DNA of 64,000 nt, taken from contig CAVZZJ010000009.1 in the NCBI GenBank assembly GCA_963779735.1, positions 189,622 to 253,621 on the forward strand, given 5' to 3'. The notes under the pieces are model-generated. The model saw only the letters and a list, made by a program, of their open reading frames with translations. It was not told where the DNA came from and did no database searches. The position numbers and the translations under genes were made by a program. Position 1 is the stretch's first letter, and the number at the start of each line of letters is the position of its first letter. This document shows positions 17,527 to 27,137 of the stretch, in pieces. Source of the stretch: an uncultured Acidimicrobiaceae bacterium. GTDB taxonomy: Bacteria; Actinomycetota; Acidimicrobiia; Acidimicrobiales; RAAP-2.

Positions 17527-19089
17527 TCACGGGGCGCTATTCGCGTGCCGACCCGGGCCAGCGTTGAATCTGGAGTACTCCTCCGCGCTGGACACCTTGG
17601 TGAATCCTTCCTGAACGAAGGGGGGTGGAGGTGACCCCAGCGGTGCCAACTGCGTTTCGGTGGGCTCACTGCAACAGAACCACGGCTCGGTGAGTCGGGC
17701 TCGCTCCCCCGCCGGTCCTTTCGAGATGGCCCCGCGGGGCGGCGGAGGGCGGAAGATCGCCGCCTTGGCACGGATCAGGGCGTCAATTTCCCCGAACGTC
17801 TGGGTGGCGGGCTGCTCAACGCGCTCTTCGACCAGCGTGGCCAACTCCTGCTGCAGTTGGTCGACCGCGGGATAAGGATGCGACCACGTCCAACCCAGCC
17901 GGGCCAAGTCGTACGGACCAAGGTGTGGTGTCATAAAGGCGCGCCCGAGCAGCAGGGAACCCTCCGGGACCAACAAGCGCACGGTGTACTGCACCGGGTC
18001 CACGTTGGGCACAAGGTCGTGGGCCATCACGAAGTCAACGAGGTCGACCAAGTCGTTGATCGTGGTCCAAGGGGTGAAAGGCAGCCATGAGGGGCGAACC
18101 TCGATGCCGTGGTCGCGCAGGAGCACTACGGCCTTAGACGCGTCGGCCACGCTATGACCTTTGTCGAGATGCTCGAGAATCATGTCGCTCACCGACTCGA
18201 ACGCCGAAACAACGAACGCACAGCCGGCTTCCGCCAACTCGGGCCACAGCTCTGGGTGGCGCAGGATGTGCTCTACCTTGGTCGTGCAGTCGAACGTCAG
18301 GTGCGGGTGGCGCTGGTGGATGGCCGCAACGACCCGGCGAGAGTGCAGCGGGGTATTGAGGAAATCGGGGTCGGCGAACGTGATGTGGCGAGCGCCGGCG
18401 GCAACCAACTGATCGACATCGGCGACGACTGCGGCTTCCTCCACGGCCCGCACTCTCCCGTCGTAGACGACTGGCACGGGACAGTGCCGGCATCGATGCG
18501 AGCAGCCCCGGCTGGCCTCGACCGATCCAACCAGTCGCTCCTCGCCGTCGACCGCCAATCGGGCGTAGCGATCGAGGGGCGGCAACAGGTGGCGGGCTGG
18601 CACTCGCGCCCTGACCCGGGTCAGGTGGATCGTGGGACCGGGGTCTTGACCCCCGGCCCACGCCACCAGGCCCGGTTCATACTCACCCGCGATGACCGCA
18701 TCGGTGGCCGATCTGACGGTGAGACTCCGGCTCACCTGTGCGTAGAGTCCATAGAAGCACAGCGGAAGCTCGGGCCGCCGGGTCCGGATCGTGTCGGCGA
18801 CGCGCAGCGCCAGGCGCATCGCGGTGTGCATCGGCACGGAAAACGCGATTCGGTCGGCCCAATCAACAGCGGCCGCGTCGAGCGGGTCGACGGCGAGGTC
18901 GACACATCGCACATCGTGGCCAACGGCCAGCAGCGCCGTGGCGGGCATGGCCAACTGCAGCGGCTGGTGCCCCAGCTCATAGGTGGAAATCAGAAGGACC
19001 CGCGTGAGCTCGAGCCTACCGGGGAGCTGACAGCGCCGCGACTCAGCGTATATGTACGTCGAGAGCGGCCTCTGCTCGGCGGAGGGCAT
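17527..19089 (-). CDS. B12-binding-domain radical SAM protein with C-terminal Cys-Cys tail motif (FCCSEP)
   Basis: ORF 17527..19146. The N-terminus has a Rossmann-like B12-type segment (RVLLISTYELGHQPL). The radical-SAM cluster motif is GCSHRCRHCP. PWFCCSEPTE lies about 49 aa from the stop. Start taken at Met 19089, which overlaps the ATP-grasp gene by 47 nt. Confidence 0.8.
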   Translation of the reverse strand: MPSAEQRPLSTYIYAESRRCQLPGRLELTRVLLISTYELGHQPLQLAMPATALLAVGHDVRCVDLAVDPLDAAAVDWADRIAFSVPMHTAMRLALRVADTIRTRRPELPLCFYGLYAQVSRSLTVRSATDAVIAGEYEPGLVAWAGGQDPGPTIHLTRVRARVPARHLLPPLDRYARLAVDGEERLVGSVEASRGCSHRCRHCPVPVVYDGRVRAVEEAAVVADVDQLVAAGARHITFADPDFLNTPLHSRRVVAAIHQRHPHLTFDCTTKVEHILRHPELWPELAEAGCAFVVSAFESVSDMILEHLDKGHSVADASKAVVLLRDHGIEVRPSWLPFTPWTTINDLVDLVDFVMAHDLVPNVDPVQYTVRLLVPEGSLLLGRAFMTPHLGPYDLARLGWTWSHPYPAVDQLQQELATLVEERVEQPATQTFGEIDALIRAKAAIFRPPPPRGAISKGPAGERARLTEPWFCCSEPTETQLAPLGSPPPPFVQEGFTKVSSAEEYSRFNAGPGRHANSAP

Positions 19090-20251
19090 CCTCGACCATC
19101 TTCGCCGTCGGTCCCCGGGCAAAGATGAAGCCCAAGTAGCGATCACCTTCGGGGAGGGGGATTACCGGCCGTCCCGACGCGATGGCGATCTCGATACCGA
19201 CGACTCCTTCGATGGCGCGGGCCCGCTCTTGGCCCGAGACCCCCTCGAGCACCCCGGCCGATCGGATCGGGAGCATCATCACGCCCGACGCCTCGGGCTC
19301 CCGAGCGAGACCGTCGAGCTCCATACCGAGAGCGTGACGGACAATGACCTCTTCGAGGCTGATCCCCGCACCAAAGCGCAAGGCCCGGGCACACAAGCCG
19401 CCGATGGAGCGAGCGGCCAGCTCGAGAATGGTGACGACACCTGTGGCGCTGAGGCGCAGCTCGATGTGCACAGGGCCTTCTACGAGTCCCAGTGCCGCGG
19501 CTGCTCGGGCCGCGGTGGCCTCAATGGCGGCAAGGATCGAGGGCGATTGCCGGGACGGCGTGACGTAGATGGTCTCCTCGAAAAAGGGGCCGTCCATGGG
19601 ATCGGGCTTGTCGAACACGGCCAGCACCCTCAGCTGGCCTCCCAAGAGCAGGCCCTCAACCGCTACCTCGGCGCCGGATACGAAGCTCTCCACGAGCAGG
19701 GGCTCTGGACTATCCCCCAAGATGGCCCGGATACGTACCCCGGCCGCGGCGGCCTGGGTCGCGTCGTCGGCGCGAATGACGCCCTGGCTGGCCGAAAGTG
19801 AGATGGGCTTGACCACGCACGGGTACCCAACTTCAGTCGCTGCCGAGGCGACGTCCGCGTCACGAGCAACGATTCGGTAGGCAGGCTGGGGCAGCGAGGC
19901 AGCGGCCAGGCAATCGCGCATGCGCCCCTTGTCCTTGGTGTTGGCGACCGCCTCGGGCGGGTTGTGACGTAGCCCCAGCCGCGCCGCTGACGCCGCCGCG
20001 ACCGCCACTCCCTGGTCATCGACCGCCAGGACGGCGTCGAGCGGTCTTCGCCGATGGAGAGACATGATGGCCTCCACGGCGGCGTCGCCTGCCTCGAGTG
20101 GCACGACGACGGCCCGATCGCCCATGAACCCGGCCAAGGCCTGGCGGTGCTCGGAGCCCACTACGACGTCGACACCCAGACGAGCGGCCGCGGCCAGGAA
20201 GTCCGCGGCTCGGTAGGTCCCGGTTGGCAGGAGCAGGAGGATGCGGGGCAC
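19043..20251 (-). CDS. ATP-grasp domain protein (carboxylate-amine ligase type)
   Basis: 402-aa ORF with a pre-ATP-grasp N-terminus, GYPCVVKP, ESFVSG.E..VEG and GP.HIELR, typical of ATP-grasp ligases. Confidence 0.8.
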   Translation of the reverse strand: MPRILLLLPTGTYRAADFLAAAARLGVDVVVGSEHRQALAGFMGDRAVVVPLEAGDAAVEAIMSLHRRRPLDAVLAVDDQGVAVAAASAARLGLRHNPPEAVANTKDKGRMRDCLAAASLPQPAYRIVARDADVASAATEVGYPCVVKPISLSASQGVIRADDATQAAAAGVRIRAILGDSPEPLLVESFVSGAEVAVEGLLLGGQLRVLAVFDKPDPMDGPFFEETIYVTPSRQSPSILAAIEATAARAAAALGLVEGPVHIELRLSATGVVTILELAARSIGGLCARALRFGAGISLEEVIVRHALGMELDGLAREPEASGVMMLPIRSAGVLEGVSGQERARAIEGVVGIEIAIASGRPVIPLPEGDRYLGFIFARGPTAKMVEDALRRAEAALDVHIR

Positions 20252-20296
20252 AGCCCTAGGATGGTACCGAGCGACGAAGGCTGAGGCGAAGGCATT

Positions 20297-20941
20297 ATGA
20301 CCGAGATCGGGACCAACGGCGTGCCCGTCCTGCGCGTGACCGACGCCGCTCTGGCCATGGTGCTCGAGGTGCGCGCCAGCGAGGACGGCGAGGAGTCACT
20401 CGCCCTCTGGCTCGAGATCAGCGGTTCGAGCGGGGACGCCTACACCTACGACATGTATTTCCAGTCGGCCGCCGACGCCCAGCCCGAGGATTGGTCCGCT
20501 GCGCCTAACGGACTGGCGCTCGTGGTCCGCAGCGACAGCGTCGAAAAGATGCGCGGGTCCGTCCTCGACGTCGGTGAGGGCGGGATGGTCATCGAGAACC
20601 CCAACCATCCTCCGGCACCGGCCGCCGCCAGCCCGGCGATGGCAGGTCCACCGGCCGACCTCAGCGGGGATGTGGCCCAGCGCATCCTCCAGGTCCTCGA
20701 AGAACAGATCAACCCGAGCATTGCGGCTCACGGCGGCCGGGCCGACCTCGTGGCGGTGGAGGATGACGCCGCCTACCTCCGTTTGAGCGGAGGCTGCGCG
20801 GGGTGTGGGATGGCCACGGTGACCTTGAGTCAGGGGATCGAAGTGGCCATACGCGAATCGGTTCCTGAGATCATTCGGGTGGTCGACGTCACCGATCACG
20901 CGGCGGGAACCAACCCGTACTACGAGGCAGCCAAGAAGTAG
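20297..20941 (+). CDS. NifU/Nfu-type Fe-S cluster assembly protein (degenerate HesB-like N-domain + Nfu C-domain)
   Basis: The C-terminal domain has INP.IAAHGG...V.......L.L.GGCAGCGM (CxxC). Confidence 0.75.
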   Translation: MTEIGTNGVPVLRVTDAALAMVLEVRASEDGEESLALWLEISGSSGDAYTYDMYFQSAADAQPEDWSAAPNGLALVVRSDSVEKMRGSVLDVGEGGMVIENPNHPPAPAAASPAMAGPPADLSGDVAQRILQVLEEQINPSIAAHGGRADLVAVEDDAAYLRLSGGCAGCGMATVTLSQGIEVAIRESVPEIIRVVDVTDHAAGTNPYYEAAKK

Positions 20942-20944
20942 GTT

Positions 20945-21676
20945 CTATGCGCCGACGAAACGGCGAGCGTCCTGCGCCGCATACGACGCGACAATCGCAT
21001 CGGTTGTAGCGGTTGCTTGGATCCGACCGATCAGGTCCTCAAGGCGGCTGGCTGGAATGGCGCACGTCATCTCCGCGCTCGGCATCGCGGTACGAGTACG
21101 GCTCAGCATGCAACCCACGCTGACCGCCACTTCCTCCTGCTGTTTGGCTACCGCCACAATGTGGCACTGCGGTTTGCCCTCGATGCGCAGGCCTGGCAGG
21201 GCGTCGGCGAGCACCATGAGCTGTTTGGCGTTGATGCGGATCAGCACCACGTCCGGATCGACCGGCGTTTCCGCCAGCGGGCCATAGACCACGAAATCAG
21301 GGCGGTCTGTCACAACGGGGATACCGGGGATCATGTCCATCGTCACCCATCCCGACTCCAGCAGGGCAGCCACATCGGTGCGGCCAGCCACCTCGTCAAG
21401 GGTGGCGAACCCGTGGGTGAGACTGCCCACGCTGCAGTTGCCGTGGTCCTCGGCAACCGTGGTGAATGTCCGATCGACTGCCTTGGTCCAAAACACGCAC
21501 CCCGCCGGAACCCGACCGGTTCGGCCGTCCGGGGTGGGTTCGGGCATGGGGGCATCGAACGGCCCGACACCGGCGGGGGCCGATGCGGAGAACGTGATGG
21601 CGATCGGTGACGTCCTGAGGTCCAGAGCGGCGGTGAGAGCGGTGGAGGCGTCGGACCAGCGCGCCGGAAGGGGCAT
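20945..21676 (-). CDS. DUF169 domain protein
   Basis: 243-aa ORF. SPIAITF, AGCVFW and HGNCSVG match my recollection of DUF169 proteins. Confidence 0.65.
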   Translation of the reverse strand: MPLPARWSDASTALTAALDLRTSPIAITFSASAPAGVGPFDAPMPEPTPDGRTGRVPAGCVFWTKAVDRTFTTVAEDHGNCSVGSLTHGFATLDEVAGRTDVAALLESGWVTMDMIPGIPVVTDRPDFVVYGPLAETPVDPDVVLIRINAKQLMVLADALPGLRIEGKPQCHIVAVAKQQEEVAVSVGCMLSRTRTAMPSAEMTCAIPASRLEDLIGRIQATATTDAIVASYAAQDARRFVGA

Positions 21677-21973
21677 GTGTGCAGTCTTGCCGGGCCAGCT
21701 TCATGGGGCAATCCCTGAGGTGCCCGAAAGCTCGGTTCGGTGCCCCGTACGGCAGTCGAGGCGCAGCCCGACCTTCTCGAGGGTGGATCTGAGCCGGTGG
21801 CGCGCTTCACGAAGCGCAAGCGCGAATCTGGCCGAGCGGTCAGCGCGAGTTCAGCAGCTTGCGCAACCGCTCAGCGGAATCCCTTGCCGACCCGCTTCTA
21901 CCTTCAAGGACCGTGACAGCATTCCACTACGACGCGCGCCCGGTGGGGACAGAGGATCGACCACTACCAGGGG

Positions 21974-23176
21974 TCATATCTCGAGCGGTACCTCGGCCAA
22001 CGACGGGGGCCACACCAGTCGCTTGCCCTGTTGGCGCCACTGCACCACGAGCACCGCGTGTTCGGCCTGGCGCCCGTCGGGGCCGAGTCCAAAGCGGCCG
22101 AAAAATGTGGTGCAGCGCAGCCTGCGGGCGGCCGCATACAGGGCGGCGTCCTCGACCATTCCCGCCTCATGCACACAACGAAGGGCGATGAGTCCAGCCG
22201 CATAGGCCTGGGCCGTGGGATAGTCGATGTGCCCGAGGTTAGGCCCGACTTCGAGCAACGGCGATATCCGGGCCCGTAGCGAACGCACAACGTCGGAGGG
22301 GCGGATCCCCACGTCAGGATCAAAGCGAGCCCCCTCTTCCCATTGGGACGGGGCCAGCACGCCCTCAGCCCGCACCTCGGCCGCGAAGGCCCCCAGCCCC
22401 GCGGCGACCGCGGCCAGGACCGGGGGCCGCCGGCGGAGCCGGCGGATGAGCGCCACGTCGTCGGCGAACGAGCCCGCCGCCAAGAGAATTTCCACATCCG
22501 GTTGGTCAGAAATCTCGTCGTGAGGCGCCACCGCCACCTCCATACCAAGGCGGCCAGCGGCGCTGACCGCACCATCGGCTACCGAGCTCCCGAAAGCGCC
22601 TCGGCCAGCAGCGACGACTACACGGGCGCCGGGCATCTGGGCAGAAACGGCATCGAGCACGGGAGCGAAATAGCAGCTCGCCGGAGCTGGGACTGAGACC
22701 ACGCCGGGAAGCCGTTGCGCCTCGTCGGCGCTGCCACCGTGGTTCCACAGCACGCGGCTTCGTTCCCCTGCCCAGCGAGCCGCCTCAACCACGAGATCGC
22801 TGCCGTAGGGCCCGATGACCAGGTCGGCACGCGCCAGCACGTCGAGTGCATGGCGCACGCCTGCCCGCGTGCCACCGTCGTCGAAAATCACGACCTCGGG
22901 CATGAGCGTCCGCTCGGCCAGCAGCACTCCGCCGCTATGCAACACGTCTTCGACGGCCTGTTGGAGTCCGGCCGCCGCCAGCCGGCCCAGATGGCCGTAC
23001 CGGCCGGTGAGCGACATTGGCGCCGCCAAAACCAAGGTGCCGTCCGACACTACGACCGGCCGGCCGAGTCCTCGCGCGCGCCCGCCTTTCCAACCTGGGG
23101 GGCTAACCGGAACATCAGCGAAATGCCGGTCATCACTGCTCCTTACCTCGACCGGCCGCATCATAGAGGCGTCCAC
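21974..23176 (-). CDS. LivK/AmiC-like type-I periplasmic-binding-fold protein without signal peptide
   Basis: 400-aa ORF with an SBP-like core (PMSLTGRYGHLG..AAG...AV, IGPYGS). It has no hydrophobic leader or lipobox. Exact start uncertain. Confidence 0.6.
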   Translation of the reverse strand: MDASMMRPVEVRSSDDRHFADVPVSPPGWKGGRARGLGRPVVVSDGTLVLAAPMSLTGRYGHLGRLAAAGLQQAVEDVLHSGGVLLAERTLMPEVVIFDDGGTRAGVRHALDVLARADLVIGPYGSDLVVEAARWAGERSRVLWNHGGSADEAQRLPGVVSVPAPASCYFAPVLDAVSAQMPGARVVVAAGRGAFGSSVADGAVSAAGRLGMEVAVAPHDEISDQPDVEILLAAGSFADDVALIRRLRRRPPVLAAVAAGLGAFAAEVRAEGVLAPSQWEEGARFDPDVGIRPSDVVRSLRARISPLLEVGPNLGHIDYPTAQAYAAGLIALRCVHEAGMVEDAALYAAARRLRCTTFFGRFGLGPDGRQAEHAVLVVQWRQQGKRLVWPPSLAEVPLEI

Positions 23177-23335
23177 ATTGGCGGGACCCGATCTTTGTGA
23201 TGAGGTCGTCTTTGGACACTCCGCCGATCGCGCTGCGCTGTGCCCGCCTAAAGGTACGCGACGAGTGACGAATCGCGCGATCGGAACAGATTCGGGGCCG
23301 ACGTCGCCAATTCGGGGTTGTCCAAGGTGGAATGC

Positions 23336-24145
23336 TCAGGCTTCGTCGGCTTCGCCACTGCGGCCGAGCTTCCAGTAACCCCGCACCGAGGCTTGGGACC
23401 GGGGCAGCCCTCGGTCCTCAAAGAGGTGGCGGCGGATGCGCTGCACCGCGGCGGCCTCTCCCGCCACCCACACCTGGATGCCGGGTTCGAGATCGGCACC
23501 GCGGACGGCGGCAAAGAGCGCGTCGCCGGGAGACGCACTGGGCGTTGGGTCGTACCACTCGGCGGTGACGCGTGGATGATCGGGCAGCGCGATCCGGGCG
23601 TCAGCGTGGGCGACCTCGATGTGCACCTGCACCGGCCTGTCGGCGGGCAGGGCCCGGAGAATTTGACTCAGGGCAGGGATGGCGGTCTCGTCCCCGCCCA
23701 GGAAGAAGGCGGGCGCGTCACTATCGATGACGTAGCCGCGGCCGGGACCTGAGATCGCTGCAGGGTCGCCGGCCGTGGCCGTTTGCGCCCATTTGGACGC
23801 GACCCCCCTGTCGTGGATGACGATGTCAAGCTCGAGCTCGAAGGTCTCGCGGTCGACGCGGCGCGGTGTGAAGGTCCGGATCGCGGGTCGTCGCCCGTCC
23901 GGCAGGAGAAACTCGTTGCCATGCCAGCTCGGGACGACGAGCTCTTGGGTTCCGGGCCATGGAAGCAGCAGCCGCACGCTCGCCGCCGGATGCTCGACGG
24001 TAAGACCCTCGAGGTCGGGGCCGGCGAACGTGACCCGGACCAGGCGGGGGTTCACGTAGCCGACTCGGCGAACCCACATCTGTCGAAACCGCGGTGGTTC
24101 ACGCCGGGAACGCTCCGTCGTCGGGTTCTGCACAGATCGGCTCAT
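23336..24145 (-). CDS. siderophore-interacting protein (FAD-binding_9 / SIP reductase family)
   Basis: 269-aa ORF with R.VRVTF.G, RTFTPR, GDETA.PA and VRGYWK motifs. Confidence 0.8.
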   Translation of the reverse strand: MSRSVQNPTTERSRREPPRFRQMWVRRVGYVNPRLVRVTFAGPDLEGLTVEHPAASVRLLLPWPGTQELVVPSWHGNEFLLPDGRRPAIRTFTPRRVDRETFELELDIVIHDRGVASKWAQTATAGDPAAISGPGRGYVIDSDAPAFFLGGDETAIPALSQILRALPADRPVQVHIEVAHADARIALPDHPRVTAEWYDPTPSASPGDALFAAVRGADLEPGIQVWVAGEAAAVQRIRRHLFEDRGLPRSQASVRGYWKLGRSGEADEA

Positions 24146-24376
24146 TGCGAACAGCGTCCCATCTTTTGGGTCTGCGTCGCGAGCAGCGCACCACCTTTGA
24201 AGTCAATCGCCTGACGACCAAGCGCAACGCCGGCGCTAACCATAAGGAGCAATACTCGCTGAGAGCGATGCTGCTCGAATCTGCGTTGATTCGCTTTAGG
24301 TTTGGTGAAGGCGTTTTCTTATCGCGGGACGGGTGCGTACCGAGTAATTTGGCCAAACCTGGATAGGAGCCCGGGT

Positions 24377-24550
24377 ATGGCCATCAAGGGCAACGTCATT
24401 TCCTGCGACGAGTGCGGACGGCAAATCAGCATGCCGATGGAGCTGGAACCCGGCGGAAAGCAGTCTCTTGATGAACGGGTACGGGCCCACGCCACCGAGA
24501 GGGGATGGACCTACACCGACCAACGGCACATCTGCCCAGAGCACAACTGA
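24377..24550 (+). CDS. small hypothetical protein with putative zinc-ribbon (CDEC ... CPEH)
   Basis: 57-aa ORF. The ATG is preceded by AGGAG at 24365-24369. The region upstream is AT-richer. Confidence 0.4.
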   Translation: MAIKGNVISCDECGRQISMPMELEPGGKQSLDERVRAHATERGWTYTDQRHICPEHN

Positions 24551-24953
24551 GGTGTAGCGAAGATATCAAGCGGGAGGGCCGGGCCTAGGCGACAGGGCGG
24601 ACGATTAAGGACGCGAAGTTGTCCCCGATCAGCGAGCAGAACGTGGGACCGGCGATTAGGGGCGACCCCCGGGCCCGGGGTGCGGCTGACCTGGCACTTC
24701 AGGGACGCCCTGTGGATGGCGCCAAGTGACCGTGACCCCGCGTAGGCCGGTCGACCGACAGCGCCGGTGCGGGTGGCAGCGGAGATGGCGGCGAGCATGC
24801 CGAAGAATGGTCGCTCGCATGCGCAGGGAGGCGGGTGCTTGCTCACACGCCCGCCGGCATCCGGCCTTACAGCACGGTTGTACATCTGGGTGAGAACGCC
24901 GGATCGAGCCTTTCCCGAGCAGCCTGCATACCTGACGTGGAAAGCTGGATTCC

Positions 24954-25060
24954 ATGGAGGGTCCATCGGGGACGGTGACGTTCCTCTTCACTGACATCGA
25001 AGGCTCGACCAGGCTCTGGGAGGTAACGCCAGCGGCCATGGCGGTCGCCCTGAGGGGAGT
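24954..25060 (+). pseudogene. remnant of class III adenylate/guanylate-cyclase-domain regulator (N-terminal ~35 codons only)
   Basis: GTVTFLFTDIEGSTRLWE..AMAVAL is the canonical start of cyclase-domain / LuxR-AAA regulators. Similarity is then lost. Confidence 0.45.
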
Positions 25061-25215
25061 CGGGACCCGCTGGCCCGGTTCGAGGCCGCCCTCGCCGGGA
25101 CCGGCCCCGAGGACCAGGAGGCGCTTCTTCCACCACAACATGTTCGAGCTCCTCCACGGGAGCACGATCGTCGGCTGAGCGCGCGCCGCGGCGAGGCGGC
25201 GACGAAAGGGGGGCA

Positions 25216-27021
25216 ATGTCCAGCACCGAGCGGTCGACCGGTCAGCCCGGGACCGGGCAGCCGAGGGCCGGCGCCAACGGCACCAACTCGGGCGGATCCG
25301 GGAGGAGGTCGCCATTCCGGCGGGTCTGGTTCCGGTCGCTCGACCACTATCCGGACACCGGGCCCCGCATCCTCTACCTCGGGATCGTCGTCCTGGCAAC
25401 GATCGTCCTCTACTACCAGCTGTACGTTCCCGGCTCGGTGTCGCCGTCGATCATCGAACACTACGGCATGACGTTCCGCTACTACGTCTACGCCGTCGGC
25501 GTGGTGGCGGCCGGGGTGGGCGCCTTCGCGGCCATCCTGGCCGGGATGGCCGACCGATGGGGTCGGGCCAACATGGTCACCTACGGCCTGGCGCTGGCCG
25601 CCCTGCTCACGATCTTCGCCGTGCCCAACGCCCCGAACAAGACCCTGTTCGTGGTCTTCATCTCCCTGGTCGGCTTCGTCGAGGGGGTCGTCCTCGTTGC
25701 CACCCCGGCCCTGGTGCGGGACTTCTCGCCCCAGCGCGGGCGGGGGACGGCGATCGGCTTCTGGACGCTCGGGCCGGTCGTCGGGAGCCTGGTCGTTGCG
25801 ACCGTGGCCACCCACACGCTGCCGCACCTGCCGGCCTGGCAGGACCAGTTCCGCATCGCCGGCATCGCCGGACTGGTCGTCTTCGTCATCGCCCTGGTAG
25901 GGCTGCGCGAGCTCTCCCCAGGCCTCCGGGACCAGCTCATGATCAGCATCCGGGACCGGACGATCGTCGAAAGCCGGGCCCGGGGGGTCGACGTCGAGGC
26001 AGCGCTCAAGCACCCGTGGCGCCAGATGCTCAAGCTCGACATCGTCGGTCCGGCCCTCGGGAGCGGCCTCCTGCTCCTCGTCTACTACGCCCTCGTCGGG
26101 TTCTTGGTCGTCTACTTCGCCACGATCTTCCACTACACCGAGTCGCGAGCCAACTCGCTGGCCAACTGGTTCTGGGCCTTCAACGCCGGTGCGCTGGTCG
26201 TCGTGGGGCTGGTGTCGGACCGGGTCCGGGTGCGAAAGCCGTTCATGGTGCTCGGCGCCGGCGGCGCCATCGTCACCACGATCCTCTTCCTGGAGCGGAC
26301 GGGCCGCCTCTCGACCAGCTACGACACCTTCGTCGTGATCATGAGCCTGATGGCGGTGTCGCTAGGCATCGCCTACGCCCCGTGGTTCGCCGCCTTCACC
26401 GAGACCATCGAGCGGCGCAACCCCGCGCTCTCGGCGCACGGACTGGCCGTCGGGGGCTGGGTCGGCCGGATCGTGATCACCCTCTCAGCCCTGGTGCTCC
26501 CGTTCGTGGTGAGCTCCATGAACACGCTCGTGACCTACGGGCCCGGAGTGGCGTCGGCCGCCGTCACCTATGCGCCCGAGCTGCAGACCGCCGCTGCCCT
26601 GCAGCCGACCACCTTGAAGGCCCTCTCCGCCAACCCACACAACGCGACGGCCGGGGCGGCGGCGGTGGTCCAGCTCACGACGACCCTGCACGTCACCCCG
26701 ACCGAGGCCATCGACCGGCTGGTCGCCCTGGGCAAAGCGGGCAGTGAGCCGGCCTTCCAATACCTAGAGGCCCACGGCACCGCGGTGACCCAGGCGGCCA
26801 AGCACGCCCCGTCGCAGTGGAAGACCTGGTGGTGGGTGTGCGTGGCCGGCCAGATCCTCTTCATCCCGCTCATCTTCTTGATGGCGGGGCGGTGGAGCCC
26901 GTCCCGGGCCCGCCGCGACGCCGAGGAGCACCAGAAGCAACTCGACGAGGAGATGCGCAAGCTGGCGCGAGAGGCCGCGTCGCCAGTGCCGACCGTTGCC
27001 GGGGCGGAGGCCGGGGCCTGA
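25216..27021 (+). CDS. MFS transporter with long C-terminal extension
   Basis: 601-aa ORF with many hydrophobic helices and the MFS loop motif (G..ADRWGR). The C-terminal tail is charged. Confidence 0.8.
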   Translation: MSSTERSTGQPGTGQPRAGANGTNSGGSGRRSPFRRVWFRSLDHYPDTGPRILYLGIVVLATIVLYYQLYVPGSVSPSIIEHYGMTFRYYVYAVGVVAAGVGAFAAILAGMADRWGRANMVTYGLALAALLTIFAVPNAPNKTLFVVFISLVGFVEGVVLVATPALVRDFSPQRGRGTAIGFWTLGPVVGSLVVATVATHTLPHLPAWQDQFRIAGIAGLVVFVIALVGLRELSPGLRDQLMISIRDRTIVESRARGVDVEAALKHPWRQMLKLDIVGPALGSGLLLLVYYALVGFLVVYFATIFHYTESRANSLANWFWAFNAGALVVVGLVSDRVRVRKPFMVLGAGGAIVTTILFLERTGRLSTSYDTFVVIMSLMAVSLGIAYAPWFAAFTETIERRNPALSAHGLAVGGWVGRIVITLSALVLPFVVSSMNTLVTYGPGVASAAVTYAPELQTAAALQPTTLKALSANPHNATAGAAAVVQLTTTLHVTPTEAIDRLVALGKAGSEPAFQYLEAHGTAVTQAAKHAPSQWKTWWWVCVAGQILFIPLIFLMAGRWSPSRARRDAEEHQKQLDEEMRKLAREAASPVPTVAGAEAGA

Positions 27022-27137
27022 ACCGGGAAGCCGCAGACAGAGAGCGTCGACCTCAGCCGGCACTCGCATCGCCGACCGCCCTGGTGACGGTCACAGGGAA
27101 GACTGCGGGCTTTACCAATTGACTATCTGGATGGAGC

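Noticed and set aside
17650-17690. Selenocysteine recoding in the radical-SAM tail motif.
   Set aside because: The two motif codons are TGT and TGC (Cys-Cys). There is no in-frame TGA and no evident SECIS-like hairpin requirement.
21677-21973. A small regulator-like ORF end (..VTVLEGRSGSARDSAERLRKLLNSR*) on the minus strand between DUF169 and the LivK-like gene.
   Set aside because: The frame is closed by a TAG only 27 codons upstream and has no start codon, so at most it is an unrecognisable remnant.
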